Shown here piece by piece: positions 36,677 to 48,106 of a DNA stretch of 64,000 bases. The notes under the pieces were generated by a model. That model did not search any database and was not told where the DNA came from. It was given only the letters and a program-made list of their open reading frames with translations. Each line of letters starts with the position of its first letter. Position 1 is the first letter of the stretch. Source of the stretch: Vulcanimicrobiota bacterium (GTDB lineage Bacteria > Vulcanimicrobiota > Vulcanimicrobiia > Eremiobacterales > Eremiobacteraceae); NCBI GenBank assembly GCA_963812135.1, contig CAWETU010000001.1:1216001-1280000 (forward strand). Direction: 5' to 3'. The translations under genes and the position numbers were made by a program.

Positions 36677-39600
36677 CTAGATCTTGAACTCGACATCCAT
36701 GTACATGTTGAACGGTTGCGCCGAGATCGCCGCGCCGTACGGATAGCGCACGATCGGTTGGATCGGGTCGGTGGGATTGTGGATGTTGCCCGCCGGCGGG
36801 ACGTGCCCTTGTAGGAAATCATAGCCGCACGTGTAGCCGTTCGACGTAACCCACGGCTCCGCCGACCCGCCCGAGCATTTCGTGTAGATGTTGGTCATCG
36901 TCAAACGCAAGCTGGTCTTGCTCGACAGCTCGTATCCTAGCTGCGCGTGGATCGCGAACAGATTCGGTTCGCGGAAGGCGCCCGGCGTGTCGAAGTTGCC
37001 GGTGTACTGATCCGGGATCACCATCGTGCCCGTGCACGTCGTCGCATCATAGCCCGTGCCCGTGCCGCCGAACGGATAGCGGTTGTCGCTCGAGACCGGC
37101 GGCGCTCCCGCAAGCGTTCCGCATGTCGTCGGATCCACGCCGATCTGCTGTTGCGGCGCGCCATATTGGCTGCCCTGGATGAACTGGAAGAGCGGCGCGA
37201 TCGTGAAACGCTGGTGCTTGTAGCTGAGCGCCAACGCGAGGAAGCTCGGCACACCGTAGCTCGCGCTCGACAGCTGCGTGCCGGTCGGCACGACGAAGTA
37301 CGTCGGGTACGCGGCGTTCGGATCGAGCAGCGGACGGATCGGCGCGTTGAAGTACGGATTGGCGACGCCGCTGAGCTCGGTGGCGACCGCGTTCGATCCG
37401 CCGAAGACGCCGCAGGGCGCCGTCGGATTCTGTGAGGGCAAAGCGCCGGCGCACGCGGATGTGAACGAGTTGTATTGTTGGATCGACGCGTTCACCGGCG
37501 AGAGTAGCGTCGAGCCGTTCGGCAGCGGCGCATACGTGATGCTGCTATGCGTGTACGTGTACGAGAGCTGCAGCGACAAACCGTCGTGCGTGAAGTCGCC
37601 CTTTTGCAGCTGGAACTCGACGCCTGAGCTGGTCTGCTTGCCGGCGTTAACGCCGTCGAGCGTGCCCGTCGTCGGGTTGATGAAGAAGCGCTGGATCTGA
37701 TCGCGCGTCACACGATGAAAGGGCGTGACCTTCATGCTCGTGTCCGCATCGTTGAAGCGGTGCTCGTACGACAGGTCGTAGTTGTAGGAGACCTGCGGAC
37801 GGACGGCGTGCAGCGGCGTCGTGTCGCCGAGCGCGAAGAACAGCGGTCCGATGTACGCCGGTAGATTCTGCTGCAGCGTGTCGTTGTATTGGAACTGCGA
37901 GGGCGGCGGTTGCGCGTAGACGCCATACGAGAAGCGCAGCACGTCGAAGGTGTCGAGCGTGTACGTGCCGCCGATGCGCGGCTCGAGGATGTTGTAGTTC
38001 GTTGTCGTGCCGTTGGCCGTGCCGTTGGTCAGCGTAGCCTGCGCGAAGTTCGCCTGGTGCAGCCAAGCCCACGGTCGGGTCATACACCGTTGCGCAAGGT
38101 GTGCCGGGCGCCCAGGGCATGGAAGTTCCCGGATTGGTCAGCAGTGTCTCGTCGATTGGGTTGCCGCCATTGACGCCTTGATCGAAGCACATGACGTTGT
38201 TCCACGCGTTGAACCAGAACGCGCGAGCTGTGCCGCCGGCGGTCGACGGGTATGTCGTACTCGAACCGATCCCAGCGCAGGCCCATGTTGATGTGCAGCC
38301 GGGACGAGGGCACCCACTGGTCTTCGATCGACAGGGCGGCGAATTTGGGCGTGGCGGCGTTGACGGTGCCGGTCGGGCCGCTTTCAAGCGACAGCCACTC
38401 GCACGCCGATGCGCCGCCGCAACCGCCCGGCGGAGCAGGGAAGAACGGACCCGCGAACGTCAAGAACTTCTGATTGATGAAGCCGGAGTTCGGTCCCGGC
38501 AACGGCGTGATCGGCTCGCACGAAGTCGCCGTCGGTGCGCCGGGCGGTCCGGGCGGGAGGGGGAAACTGAGGTAGTAGCAAGTTCCGTTCGTCGGATTCG
38601 TCGCGCTCACAAGTGCGGCGAACGCCGTTTGCGGCGCAGGGAACCACGGCGGGCCCATCTGCGACGTGCTCGGCTGGTCGTTCTCCACGGAAACGTCGTG
38701 TCCGTACGTGTACGATCCCTGGATCTTGAGCAGGTGGTGCGTGCTCAGCTGGCCGTTGTAGTCGGCGGAGAATCCGCGCTCGTGGTTAGAGAACTCGCGA
38801 TCGGCCGGCAAGCTGACGTAGAGCTGCGACTGGCCATTCGGGCTGTAGGTGAACCAGTTCGCATACGACGTGAAGCCGTACACGCGAAGATACGCCGCGG
38901 GGCTGAAGAAGTGTGTGTACTGCACCTTGGTGACCGCGAGTGCGTTGGATTGCGAGTCTTCTTGATTCGCCGGGATCGGCGAACCGCCGCCATACTGGCC
39001 TGCGCTTGGGAAGAAGTACGGGGCTACGCCGGTGATCGGACCGCCTAGCATGCCCGCGACCGGTTGCAGCAACGATCCGGTGTACTGAAAACCGGGCACG
39101 AATAACGGATGCTGGTTCGAATGGAAGCCGGGCGTCATGCTGTAGCCGTTCCAGAACGGCGCGCCGCCCCAATCGTTGTACGACGAGTATTCGTACGTGT
39201 ACAGCTGCGACACGTAGTAAAGCAGCTGCACGTCGTCGTCGGCGTTCGCGCCGCCGCGTGGGATCCGGAAATGGAAGTTGCCGATGTTCTCGCGATCGTT
39301 GACGCGGGAATTCTTGCCGGTCGCATACGGGCCGATGACGTAGCCGCCCGGACCGGCCGGCAGCGCGCGGAAGAAGCCCGTGTTCGCGTAGCAGCCGGTG
39401 TAGTTCGATCCGTTGGGCAGGCCGCAACCCGGCGGTCCGTTGTTGACGGGGCCGAGCACGACGTTTTGGAGATCGAACGGCTGCCCGAAATCGGTCGAGA
39501 ACGACGCGCCATTGAACTGATCGACGAAGCGAAATGCCTGATCGTAACCGCCGACCGTCACGAAGTACGTGAACCTTCGATTCGGTTCCGAGCCGCCGGC

Positions 39601-40419
39601 TTCGAGATCGAACTTGTTGTACAGCGCGGGCGAACCGACCCCGAGCGTCAGATCCGTGAACCCGGGATACGTGCCGGTGCGCACGACTTGGTTCACGTAA
39701 CCCGAGAGCCCGTGCGACTCCGCGTCCGCAGGCGCCGCGCCGGTGTAGACCTGCAGCGACTGCTGACCCATGGTCGAGAGCGTCGTCAGCGGGGCATTAT
39801 CGTACGTGCGGTTGACGGGGATGCCGTCGAATTCATAGCCGACCTCATCGAACGCGCCGCCGCGGATGAAGATCGGTTGGTTCCAGCCCTGCTGCGCAGG
39901 CGCCACGAACGCCCCCGGCACCGCGGTGATCGCGGAATAATCGTTGTCGATGCCGCCGCCGCCGTTGAGGCCGACCAGCGTCTTCTGCACCGGCCGGGTG
40001 ACCGAATACACGTCGACCGTCGTGCCGGCGCTGACGAGTCCGCCTCGGCTCACGAGGACCGTGCCGAGCGTCTTGACGGTTTGCAGCACGAATTGAACCG
40101 TGCGCGTGTTGTCGGCCACGATATCGATACCGGTAAGCGTCACGGTCTGGAATCCGGTCTTAGACGCGGTGACCGCGTACGTATCGGGGATGAGCGCGAC
40201 GAACGTGAACCTGCCACGGGCGTCGGTCATGGTAGTCGCATCCTGCGACGGCGAGGTCGCGCTGATCTTGGCTTCCGCGACGGGTACGCCCACAGCCGTC
40301 TGCGTGAAGCCCGAGAGGGTGCCGGTCGTGCCCGCGCTCGCTGGTCCGGTCATGAAGGCGAACAGTCCGGCGCACCAGGCGCCACAAAGCGCGGCACGCC
40401 ACGTCATCGAGATTGGCAT
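36677..40419 (-). CDS. TonB-dependent receptor-like protein, paralogue of 3820..7563, split over three frames (two +1 frameshifts)
   Basis: Homology runs through ORF frames 38080..40419, 37647..38387 and 36677..38083; removing one base at GGG 38248-38250 and one near CC 38053-38054 restores one ORF. Confidence 0.8.
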
Positions 40420-40461
40420 GTGTGGTCCTCCGACGGAAAGGGGGTGCGACCGTCCGGCAGC

Positions 40462-41640
40462 CTATCCCTCCCTGCCGGAAAAAACTTGCCACGCTCCCTG
40501 CGACTCCTCGAAAAATGCCGCTTGATGAGCCACGATGTCAGCTGCATTCGGAAACCGCGGATCGGTGCGCTTGCCGGTGAGCGTGTAGCCGTCAGACGCT
40601 CTTGCGATGATATTCAAGCGCTGCAACCCATCGAGCGCGGCTCGCGTCATGCGCTGCGGTGACGCTTTCAGCTCCGGTTCGACCCAGGCGAGCGACGGCA
40701 GCGCGCCGAGCCGATCGCTGACCGCCTCGAGGGCGTCCTCATACGTGAATGCGGTTCCGGGTTCTTGATGGGTTGTGATCAACCAGTCCGCCATCAATTG
40801 GCTCACCGTCACCGGGCGCGGCGCCTTCATCGAATTGACCAAATCGTTGCGGTCGATCGCCGGCAGCACCCGGAAGAGCATCGACAGCCGCCTGCCGACG
40901 AACACGTCGTAGCTGATCGCGATCGTGTAGACGTTTTCAGCGAGCGGCGCGAGCCGCCAGAGCGCGGTGCGCATCGGGCTCATGCGGCCGTTCTTCGTAA
41001 ACCGGCCCTCGGGCGTGAGCCAGAACGTCGCGCCGGCCTTCAGCCGGTCCTCGAGCAATTGCAGATCTTTTTCCATGTCCGCGTGCATGTGCTCGAAGAG
41101 CTCGCTGCGATAGGGCTCGAGAATCGATTTGATCGGCAATTCCGTGCGGCGTGCTTTCATAAAGGACTTCGCCTTGAATGCGTATGACAGGCGCTCGTCG
41201 CGCGCTTCTGGGCCGATGGCGTCAAGCGCGCTTTGCCGAAAGACCTGCGCGAGCGGCAGATCGCCATGGCGCGTGTAGACGGCCCGCGCGAAGCCAAGGA
41301 ACGGGCGCGTCCGGATCTCGTTCTCTATCGGCAGCATGCCGACCGCATAGAAGAGCGGCGCCGTTTCGACGTCGCGCATGATCGGCTCGAGCCAGGGGAC
41401 CGTCCACCCCATGGCGCCTCGCTCGAACAAACGCTTACCGCTCACCGCGTAGATCGTCTTATCCCACGGCCCTGCGCGCTCCATGTACGAGATCGTGATC
41501 TTATCGTCGAGGTCGTGTTGGTGGTTGGCGATGCACAGCGTCGGACCGCGCGGATTAGGCAGGCGGCCCCATCCCCGAATGCGGTACGCGCTCCAGAAGT
41601 ATGGCCAAATCGCAAAACATGCGACTGCTTGGAATGTCAA
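40462..41640 (-). CDS. PlsC-like glycerolipid acyltransferase domain protein; start uncertain
   Basis: ANHQHDLD (HX4D) and LTPEGR motifs; same frame as upstream MFS. Confidence 0.8.
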   Translation of the reverse strand: MTFQAVACFAIWPYFWSAYRIRGWGRLPNPRGPTLCIANHQHDLDDKITISYMERAGPWDKTIYAVSGKRLFERGAMGWTVPWLEPIMRDVETAPLFYAVGMLPIENEIRTRPFLGFARAVYTRHGDLPLAQVFRQSALDAIGPEARDERLSYAFKAKSFMKARRTELPIKSILEPYRSELFEHMHADMEKDLQLLEDRLKAGATFWLTPEGRFTKNGRMSPMRTALWRLAPLAENVYTIAISYDVFVGRRLSMLFRVLPAIDRNDLVNSMKAPRPVTVSQLMADWLITTHQEPGTAFTYEDALEAVSDRLGALPSLAWVEPELKASPQRMTRAALDGLQRLNIIARASDGYTLTGKRTDPRFPNAADIVAHQAAFFEESQGAWQVFSGREG

Positions 41641-41646
41641 TGCGCG

Positions 41647-42864
41647 TTACGGGGACGGTCGAGTAAACTCGACCGCTACATTGGTGGTGGGGGCGGGGCG
41701 CGGCTTGACGGCCAGCACCACCACCGACCCGAGAATGAACATCAGCCCGGCGAGCAGGAACAGCGTCTGGTAGCCGGCGAGCGGACTGAGATAGCGCGCG
41801 AGCAGCCACGCGCCGACGATCGGCGCGACCACGTTGGGCAGGCCTGAGGCAAGACCCCAGATGCCGAGGTCGCGCGCGACGTCGCGCATCTGCGGCACCG
41901 TGTCGATGGCGAGCGCCCAGCCGACCGCCAAGAACGCGCCATAGCCGAGCCCGAAGCACAGAGCGTAGGCGATCAGGTATTGCTGCTGCGGCGCGATGGC
42001 AAAACCAAGACCCGCGATCGCCATCGGGATGCCCGCGGCCGCGAGGACGTACTTGCGGGGGAACCGGTCCGAGAGCGTCCCCGTCCAAAACGCGGTGACC
42101 ATCGCGCCGGCGAGTGCGAGGATGCCGAAGAGCCCGGTGCTGACCGACGGGTTGTCGACCTTTTCGACGTCGCGGAAGAAATACAGCACGAACGTGCCGA
42201 GCAGCGTCAGCCCGGTGTTCGTCAAGAAGCGCGACGCGAACACGACGCCGAAATTGCGCCAGTCGCTGACGTGGACGTGTTCGGGCTCGACCCACTTGCC
42301 TTCGGGCGTGAGCGCGACCGTCACGCCGCCGAGACCGACGACGAGCGCGGTCCATAAGAACGTCGCTTCGGGCGTCGCGATGCTGGCGACCGCGAGGCCG
42401 CCGACCGCACCGACGATCGATGCGACGCCTTGATAGCCGGCCGAGGCGCCCCAATCTTCGCGCGGCACCACTTCCGGGATGAGCGCCTGGTAGGCAGCGG
42501 TGCTAAAGCTCTGCCCGAGCACGCCGACGAACAGCGCGAGAGCAAAAGTCCAGAGGGAACCCGTGTACGCGAGCCAGATCAACGCGGCGACGTTGAGCGC
42601 CGCGCCGAGCAAGATGAACGGGCGGCGGTGGCCGCCGCGTCTGCGCAGATAGTCAGAGATCGCGCCGATCGGAGGCGGCACGAAGATCGAGATGGCGGCC
42701 GCAACGCTCACGAGAACCGCGAGCTGTTGGGTGTGGCCGGCGGCGGTCTGGAACTTGAGGAGCGCGGCCGGAACCGCGATAGCCAAGAGCGCCGAACCTT
42801 GGAAGTTCAGCGGGATCCAGTACGCGTTGAGCAGCGATTGGTCGCGGACGCCGCGAGAGAGCAT
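41647..42864 (-). CDS. MFS transporter
   Basis: About 12 TM; GAISD....GHRRPF and GTLSDRFPRK loop motifs. Confidence 0.9.
   Translation of the reverse strand: MLSRGVRDQSLLNAYWIPLNFQGSALLAIAVPAALLKFQTAAGHTQQLAVLVSVAAAISIFVPPPIGAISDYLRRRGGHRRPFILLGAALNVAALIWLAYTGSLWTFALALFVGVLGQSFSTAAYQALIPEVVPREDWGASAGYQGVASIVGAVGGLAVASIATPEATFLWTALVVGLGGVTVALTPEGKWVEPEHVHVSDWRNFGVVFASRFLTNTGLTLLGTFVLYFFRDVEKVDNPSVSTGLFGILALAGAMVTAFWTGTLSDRFPRKYVLAAAGIPMAIAGLGFAIAPQQQYLIAYALCFGLGYGAFLAVGWALAIDTVPQMRDVARDLGIWGLASGLPNVVAPIVGAWLLARYLSPLAGYQTLFLLAGLMFILGSVVVLAVKPRPAPTTNVAVEFTRPSP
41654..41679 (-). repeat. GTAG-family REP-like palindrome inside the MFS 3' end
   Basis: GACGGTCGAGTAAACTCGACCGCTAC. Confidence 0.88.
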
Positions 42865-42882
42865 GCGGTGCTGTTGGACGGC

Positions 42883-45800
42883 TTAGCGGGGGGAGCCTGT
42901 GCCGGCGGCGCCGTCGCGGTCCTCGTCGTCCACGGCGCGCAAGGCAGCCGCGACGCGCGCGCTGCGGGCCTTGATCTCCTTGGGGCTGATCCATAGGTAC
43001 GCGACAGGGATAAGCACGAGCGTCAGCAGCAGCGAGCTGATCAGGCCGCCGATGACCACGACGCCGAGCGAACTGCGCGACGCCACCGCGTGATCCAAGC
43101 CGAGCGCCAGCGGCAACATGCCGAAGATCATGGCGACGGTGGTCATGACGATCGGGCGGAAGCGCAACCGCGCGCTCTCGCGGATGGCGCTGAGGCGGTC
43201 CATGCCGCGCATGCGCAGCTGGTTGGCGAAGTCCACGAGCAAGATGCCGTTCTTGCTCACCAGGCCGATGAGGAGCACGCCGCCGATAAAGGAGAAGGCA
43301 TTGAGCGTCTCATGCGTCAGCGCCAGCGCACCGATCGCGCCGACGACCGCAAGCGGCACGGACACCATGATGATCAGCGGCGTGATGTAGCTGTTGTACA
43401 GCGCGACCATCAGCAAGAACACGAGCACGACGCCGAGCACAAGGGCGAGCACCATGCCGTTGATCGTGTCGCTTAAGTTTTGCTGATTGCCGGCGCTGCT
43501 CGGAGCCACGTGCACGCTGAGCGGCAGGCTCAGATCGGCAAGCCGCCTGCTGAACGCGGTGTCGACGTTCGACAGCGCGGTGCCCGGCGCGACGTTGGCG
43601 CTCACATGCACGACCGTCTGGCGATCGACTCGATCGATGCTGCGCGGGCCGTTGTTCGCGCTCAAGCGCACGAAGTCGCCGACGCGCACGACCTCGCCGG
43701 TGTTCGAACGGATCGGCAATTCAAGCAGCTGCTGCTTGTCACGCTGATATGCGCTTGGATAGATGACCTCGACGTCCTTGAGTCCGTCCGCGCCTTCGAA
43801 CTGTGTGGCGCGCACGCCCTCGAACGCGGCGCGAATGGCAGCTGCAGCCGCGACGAGACTGACGTTGTGTCCGCGCGCCAGCGCGCGATCGAACGTCACG
43901 TCGAGCTGCGGCGCGAGGCTGCTGGCCGAGCTGTAGACGTTGACTGCGCCCGGCGTGTCGCGCAACAGCTGATAGACGCGCTGCGCGTACTTGGAGGGAT
44001 CGCCGCTTGCGTCGGTGACCAGGTAATCGAGCGGCTGCGCATTGCCTTCGCGTGTGTTGGTCACGGGGATGACGACTGGCGATGCGGCGGGCGCGACGCG
44101 CTGGGCGATCTCGCGCAGGCGGCTGACCCAATACTCGGTGGGGTGGCGCCGCCTGTCTTTGAGATGGATGTCCACCATGCCGACCGCGCCATCGACGAGG
44201 TAGCCGCCGACCGGTGACTCCGCGACGCCGGCAAGGGTCGACTCCGAGCGCACGTCGTCGATCGCGTCGACCTCGCGCTCGATGGCGAGCGCCGCCGCGC
44301 GCGTGGTCTGCAGCGGCGTGCCGCTCGGGAAGCTCAGCTGGATGAAGATCTCGCCGTTGTCTTGCGCCGGGTCGAAATCGAACCCGACGACGCCGAACGG
44401 CAGGAGCGCGATCGCCGCGAGAAATGAGACGACAGCGATGACGGCGACCGTCGAGCCGTGTTGCAGGCCCCACGGCAAGAGGCGCTCGGCGTACCATGTC
44501 CGCAGCCGCTCGAACGCTTGCGCGAACGGCTGCGTGAAGGCGATGAAGCGACCTTTGGAGAGCAGCGCCCAATTGCCAGCCAGCGCCGGCGTCACGGTGA
44601 ACGAGACGACCAGCGAAGCCAGCGTTGCGACGACGACGACCAGTGCGAATTCGGATAAGAACCGTCCGACGATGCCCGGCAAGAACGCGATAGGCAGGAA
44701 GACGACGACGTCGACGAGCGTGATGACGATGGCGGCCAGGCTGATCTCGAGCCGGCCGTTGATCGCCGCCAACAGCGGCGACTCGCCCATCTCGTAATGG
44801 CGCTGGATGTTCTCCAATACGACGATCGAGTCGTCCACGAGGATGCCGGTGATGAGCGTCATGGCGAGCAGCGACACCGTGTCGAGCGTGAAGTGGCCGA
44901 GCTGCATGACCATGAGCGTTGCGAACAGCGAGGTCGGGATCGCGATGAGCACGGCTGTGGCGTTGCGCCACGAGCGTAAGAAGAAGATCATGACGATCGC
45001 GACGAGGATGATCCCCTCGAGCAGCGTGCGCAACACGCCCTGCACCTGACGGCCCGTCTGATTCGATTGATCGTTGATGACGGTGAACACGACATCGGGG
45101 AACTGCCGCGCCAAGGCGGGCAATGACGCGATAACCCCTCGCGCCGCGTCGATCTCGCTCGCGTCGGTCGCCTTTTTGATGTTGAGCAGCAAGGTGGGCT
45201 TGCCGTTGACGTACGCGTAGATGCGCTGCGGCTCGTTTGCGTCGGTCACTTTGGTGACGTCGCCGACGGTGTAGAACTTCGGCGACGGCGTGTTCGGGTT
45301 GAGCAGCGCTCGGAACGCGCTGTCGGACAGCGGGGCGCTGCCGATCGGCAGCGATTTGACCGAATCGACGCCCGTGATGTCGCCGCGGATGTTGATGCCG
45401 GTCTCATACCGGTCGCCGAAGAGGATGCCACCGGGTGCGCGCACGTTGTTGCCTTGCACCGCGCCGACGACATCGTTGATCGCCAAGCCGGCCTGCTGCA
45501 ATTTCTTTGGATCGATTTCGACTTGGATCGACGGCGTGACGATGCCATACGAGCGCACCATGCCGACGCCGTTGACCTGCTCGATCGCCGGTATGATCTT
45601 GGCGTTGATCAGAGAGGACAGTGCGCCGGGCGAGAGCGTGTCGGAGGCCACTGAGAGCGAAACGATGTCGGATTCGCCCGGATCGAACGTCTCGATGACC
45701 GGTGCGACGAGGTCAGGCGGCAGCTGCGATTGGGCGGCCTGCAAGCGGCGCTGCACTTCGACCAGCGCGTCGGTCTTCTTCGAGTGCAGGCTGAACTGGG

Positions 45801-46074
45801 CTTGGACGGTCGCAAAGCCTTGCTGGATGCGCGACTGGATGTGCTCGAGTCCGGGCGCGCCCGCCATCGAATCCTCGATGGGGCGCACGATGCCGTCCTG
45901 CATCTCCGCGGGCGATGCGCCCGGGTAGAAGAGGATGACGACGATGTTCGGCACGTCGACGTTGGGGAGATCCTGCGTCCGCAGGCTCGTCGCCGCAAGA
46001 AAGCCGCCGATCGTGATGAGCGCGACCAGGACGGCCGCCAGCGTGGGCCGGGAGACGAAAAGCTTGGTAATCAC
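42883..46074 (-). CDS. RND efflux permease (AcrB/AcrD/AcrF family)
   Basis: YPGASP, GILVDDSIVV.ENI, KNGILLVDFA, RFRPIVMT. Confidence 0.93.
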   Translation of the reverse strand: MITKLFVSRPTLAAVLVALITIGGFLAATSLRTQDLPNVDVPNIVVILFYPGASPAEMQDGIVRPIEDSMAGAPGLEHIQSRIQQGFATVQAQFSLHSKKTDALVEVQRRLQAAQSQLPPDLVAPVIETFDPGESDIVSLSVASDTLSPGALSSLINAKIIPAIEQVNGVGMVRSYGIVTPSIQVEIDPKKLQQAGLAINDVVGAVQGNNVRAPGGILFGDRYETGINIRGDITGVDSVKSLPIGSAPLSDSAFRALLNPNTPSPKFYTVGDVTKVTDANEPQRIYAYVNGKPTLLLNIKKATDASEIDAARGVIASLPALARQFPDVVFTVINDQSNQTGRQVQGVLRTLLEGIILVAIVMIFFLRSWRNATAVLIAIPTSLFATLMVMQLGHFTLDTVSLLAMTLITGILVDDSIVVLENIQRHYEMGESPLLAAINGRLEISLAAIVITLVDVVVFLPIAFLPGIVGRFLSEFALVVVVATLASLVVSFTVTPALAGNWALLSKGRFIAFTQPFAQAFERLRTWYAERLLPWGLQHGSTVAVIAVVSFLAAIALLPFGVVGFDFDPAQDNGEIFIQLSFPSGTPLQTTRAAALAIEREVDAIDDVRSESTLAGVAESPVGGYLVDGAVGMVDIHLKDRRRHPTEYWVSRLREIAQRVAPAASPVVIPVTNTREGNAQPLDYLVTDASGDPSKYAQRVYQLLRDTPGAVNVYSSASSLAPQLDVTFDRALARGHNVSLVAAAAAIRAAFEGVRATQFEGADGLKDVEVIYPSAYQRDKQQLLELPIRSNTGEVVRVGDFVRLSANNGPRSIDRVDRQTVVHVSANVAPGTALSNVDTAFSRRLADLSLPLSVHVAPSSAGNQQNLSDTINGMVLALVLGVVLVFLLMVALYNSYITPLIIMVSVPLAVVGAIGALALTHETLNAFSFIGGVLLIGLVSKNGILLVDFANQLRMRGMDRLSAIRESARLRFRPIVMTTVAMIFGMLPLALGLDHAVASRSSLGVVVIGGLISSLLLTLVLIPVAYLWISPKEIKARSARVAAALRAVDDEDRDGAAGTGSPR

Positions 46075-46142
46075 TCTCTGTTACTTATTTCGGCAGGTGC
46101 GCCGAGGAACCCCCACGTCGGTGCCACGAAACCCGCAGCTTC

Positions 46143-47126
46143 ATGCGTGCGATGCAGCTCGACCAAGCGCGCCGGCCGCTCCGCGCGGCGCAACTCTCGG
46201 ATCCGTCGCCGGGTCCGGGCCAGCTCCGCGTTCGCGTCGGCGCGTGTGGCGTGTGCCGGACCGACTTGCACATCATCGACGGCGACTTGGACAAGCCGAA
46301 ACTGCCGCTCGTCTTGGGGCACGAGATCGTCGGGGTGGTGGATGCATGCGGCGAAGGCACACAGCGGTTCTCGCCTGGTGACCGCGTCGGCGTAGCTTGG
46401 CTGGGATGGACGGACGATGTGTGCCGGTACTGCCGCGCAGGTCGCGAGAATCTATGCGATCACGCTCGGTTCACCGGCTACGACATCGACGGCGGCTACG
46501 CGGAGCTGACTGTCGCGAACGAAGCGTATTGTTTCGCGCTATCCGCGTCGTATTCAGATGCCGAAGCCGCGCCGCTGATGTGCGCCGGACTCATCGGTTA
46601 CCGGTCGTTATCCATGGCGGGCGATGCGCAGCGGATCGGCATCTATGGGTTCGGCGCCGCGGCGCATATCATCGCGCAAGTCGCCATCCATCGCGGCCAG
46701 CGCGTCTTCGCATTCACAAGACCAGGCGATCTCGCGACGCAAACATTCGCTCGCGAGCTCGGCGCGGTGTGGACGGGCGGGTCCGACGAGCGTCCGCCCG
46801 AAGAGCTGGACGCTGCGATCATCTTCGCGCCCGCGGGTGAGCTCGTGCCGGCGGCGCTACGCACGCTCGCCAAAGGCGGCATCGTGGTCTGCGCCGGCAT
46901 TCACATGAGCGACATCCCATCGTTTCCGTACGACCTGCTATGGGGCGAGCGGCAAGTGCGCTCGGTCGCCAACCTCACGCGCCGCGACGGCGAAGAATTT
47001 TTGGCGCTCGCGCCCACGGTGCCGGTGCGCACTCTAGTGACGCCCTATCCACTCGAGCGCGCGAACGAAGCGCTCGCTGATTTTCGAGCGGGCAAGCTCC
47101 ACGGCGCCGCCGTTCTCGTGATGTAG
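46143..47126 (+). CDS. Zinc-dependent alcohol dehydrogenase
   Basis: CGVCRTDLH, GHEIVG, C..C......C, CAGLIGY, GIYGFG. Confidence 0.93.
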   Translation: MRAMQLDQARRPLRAAQLSDPSPGPGQLRVRVGACGVCRTDLHIIDGDLDKPKLPLVLGHEIVGVVDACGEGTQRFSPGDRVGVAWLGWTDDVCRYCRAGRENLCDHARFTGYDIDGGYAELTVANEAYCFALSASYSDAEAAPLMCAGLIGYRSLSMAGDAQRIGIYGFGAAAHIIAQVAIHRGQRVFAFTRPGDLATQTFARELGAVWTGGSDERPPEELDAAIIFAPAGELVPAALRTLAKGGIVVCAGIHMSDIPSFPYDLLWGERQVRSVANLTRRDGEEFLALAPTVPVRTLVTPYPLERANEALADFRAGKLHGAAVLVM

Positions 47127-47148
47127 CGGCCGGATTTATTTGACCGTT
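47123..47148 (+). repeat. Degenerate REP copy between convergent genes
   Basis: GTAGCGGCCGGATTTATTTGACCGTT, 4 mismatches to consensus; its TAG is the ADH stop. Confidence 0.75.
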
Positions 47149-48095
47149 TACTCGGTCCCCAAGCCGCTCGGCATATTCAGATTTGGCCCGGTGACGGTGT
47201 AGCCTGGGGCCACGTTTCCGTTGCTGCCAAGCGGGAAGGCCAACAGATCGTTTGCGCCGGCGTTCGCCACGACGAGGTTGCCTGCCACGATGTCGATGTC
47301 CCCGGGGAGGTTGAACGTCGTGTTCGGACCCGCGATGGTGGCCGACGGTGCCTGGTTTCCGCTCGAGTTCGGCGGATAGACCGTGACGGCGTCAGGCGAA
47401 GTATTCGTGACGTAGATGTTGCCGGTCGAATCCAGAACGATGCCGCTCGGATTGGTCAGTCCTGTCAGTGCGCCGGAGATGGTCGCGAATGGAGCCACGT
47501 CTCCCGAGATCGATGTGAACACATCTGCTGAGCGGTAGATCGTGACGCTATTGCCGGCGTTGTTCACCACATAGATGTTGCCCGAGCTGTCATGGTGGAG
47601 CGCGACCGGATAATTCAACGCGGTCGTGGGCCCGACGATCGAGGCGAGAGGGATCGCATTGCCGGAGGCGTTCGGCGCGAAGACGCGCACGCTGTTGCCG
47701 GCGCTGTTGCCGACGTACACGCGTCCAGAGCTGTCCACATCGATATCGGTCGGATGATCAAGGCCTGTGTTCACGCCGGAGATCGTCGTGATGGGAGCGG
47801 CGTTGCCGTTCGCGTTCGCCGCGTAGACGGTGACCGTATCAGCGTGATTGTTCGCGACGAAGATCGTGCCGTTGCTGAAGCCGACGCCGGTCGGGTAGTT
47901 GAGCCCCGTGTTCGCCCCAGCGATGGTCTGCACGTTGGTCGCGGTTCCGCCCACCACATTGAACACCAGCACGGAGTTGCCGGAGCTGTTCACCACCAGC
48001 AGCACGCGCGACGGGGGGATGGGAACCGATGTGCTGTATTCGGAACATCCGGACAGCAGGCACGCCAACGCGATGACGGCCGCAATGCGCTTCAT
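47148..48095 (-). CDS. NHL-repeat lipoprotein
   Basis: Lipobox LSGC; repeats I.G.NTGL..P.G..D..G..YV.N. Confidence 0.88.
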   Translation of the reverse strand: MKRIAAVIALACLLSGCSEYSTSVPIPPSRVLLVVNSSGNSVLVFNVVGGTATNVQTIAGANTGLNYPTGVGFSNGTIFVANNHADTVTVYAANANGNAAPITTISGVNTGLDHPTDIDVDSSGRVYVGNSAGNSVRVFAPNASGNAIPLASIVGPTTALNYPVALHHDSSGNIYVVNNAGNSVTIYRSADVFTSISGDVAPFATISGALTGLTNPSGIVLDSTGNIYVTNTSPDAVTVYPPNSSGNQAPSATIAGPNTTFNLPGDIDIVAGNLVVANAGANDLLAFPLGSNGNVAPGYTVTGPNLNMPSGLGTE

Positions 48096-48106
48096 GTCGC
48101 CGGACG

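Noticed and set aside
38134..38143. Single TTGGTCAGCA
   Set aside because: Lone copy inside a coding sequence; compatible with chance
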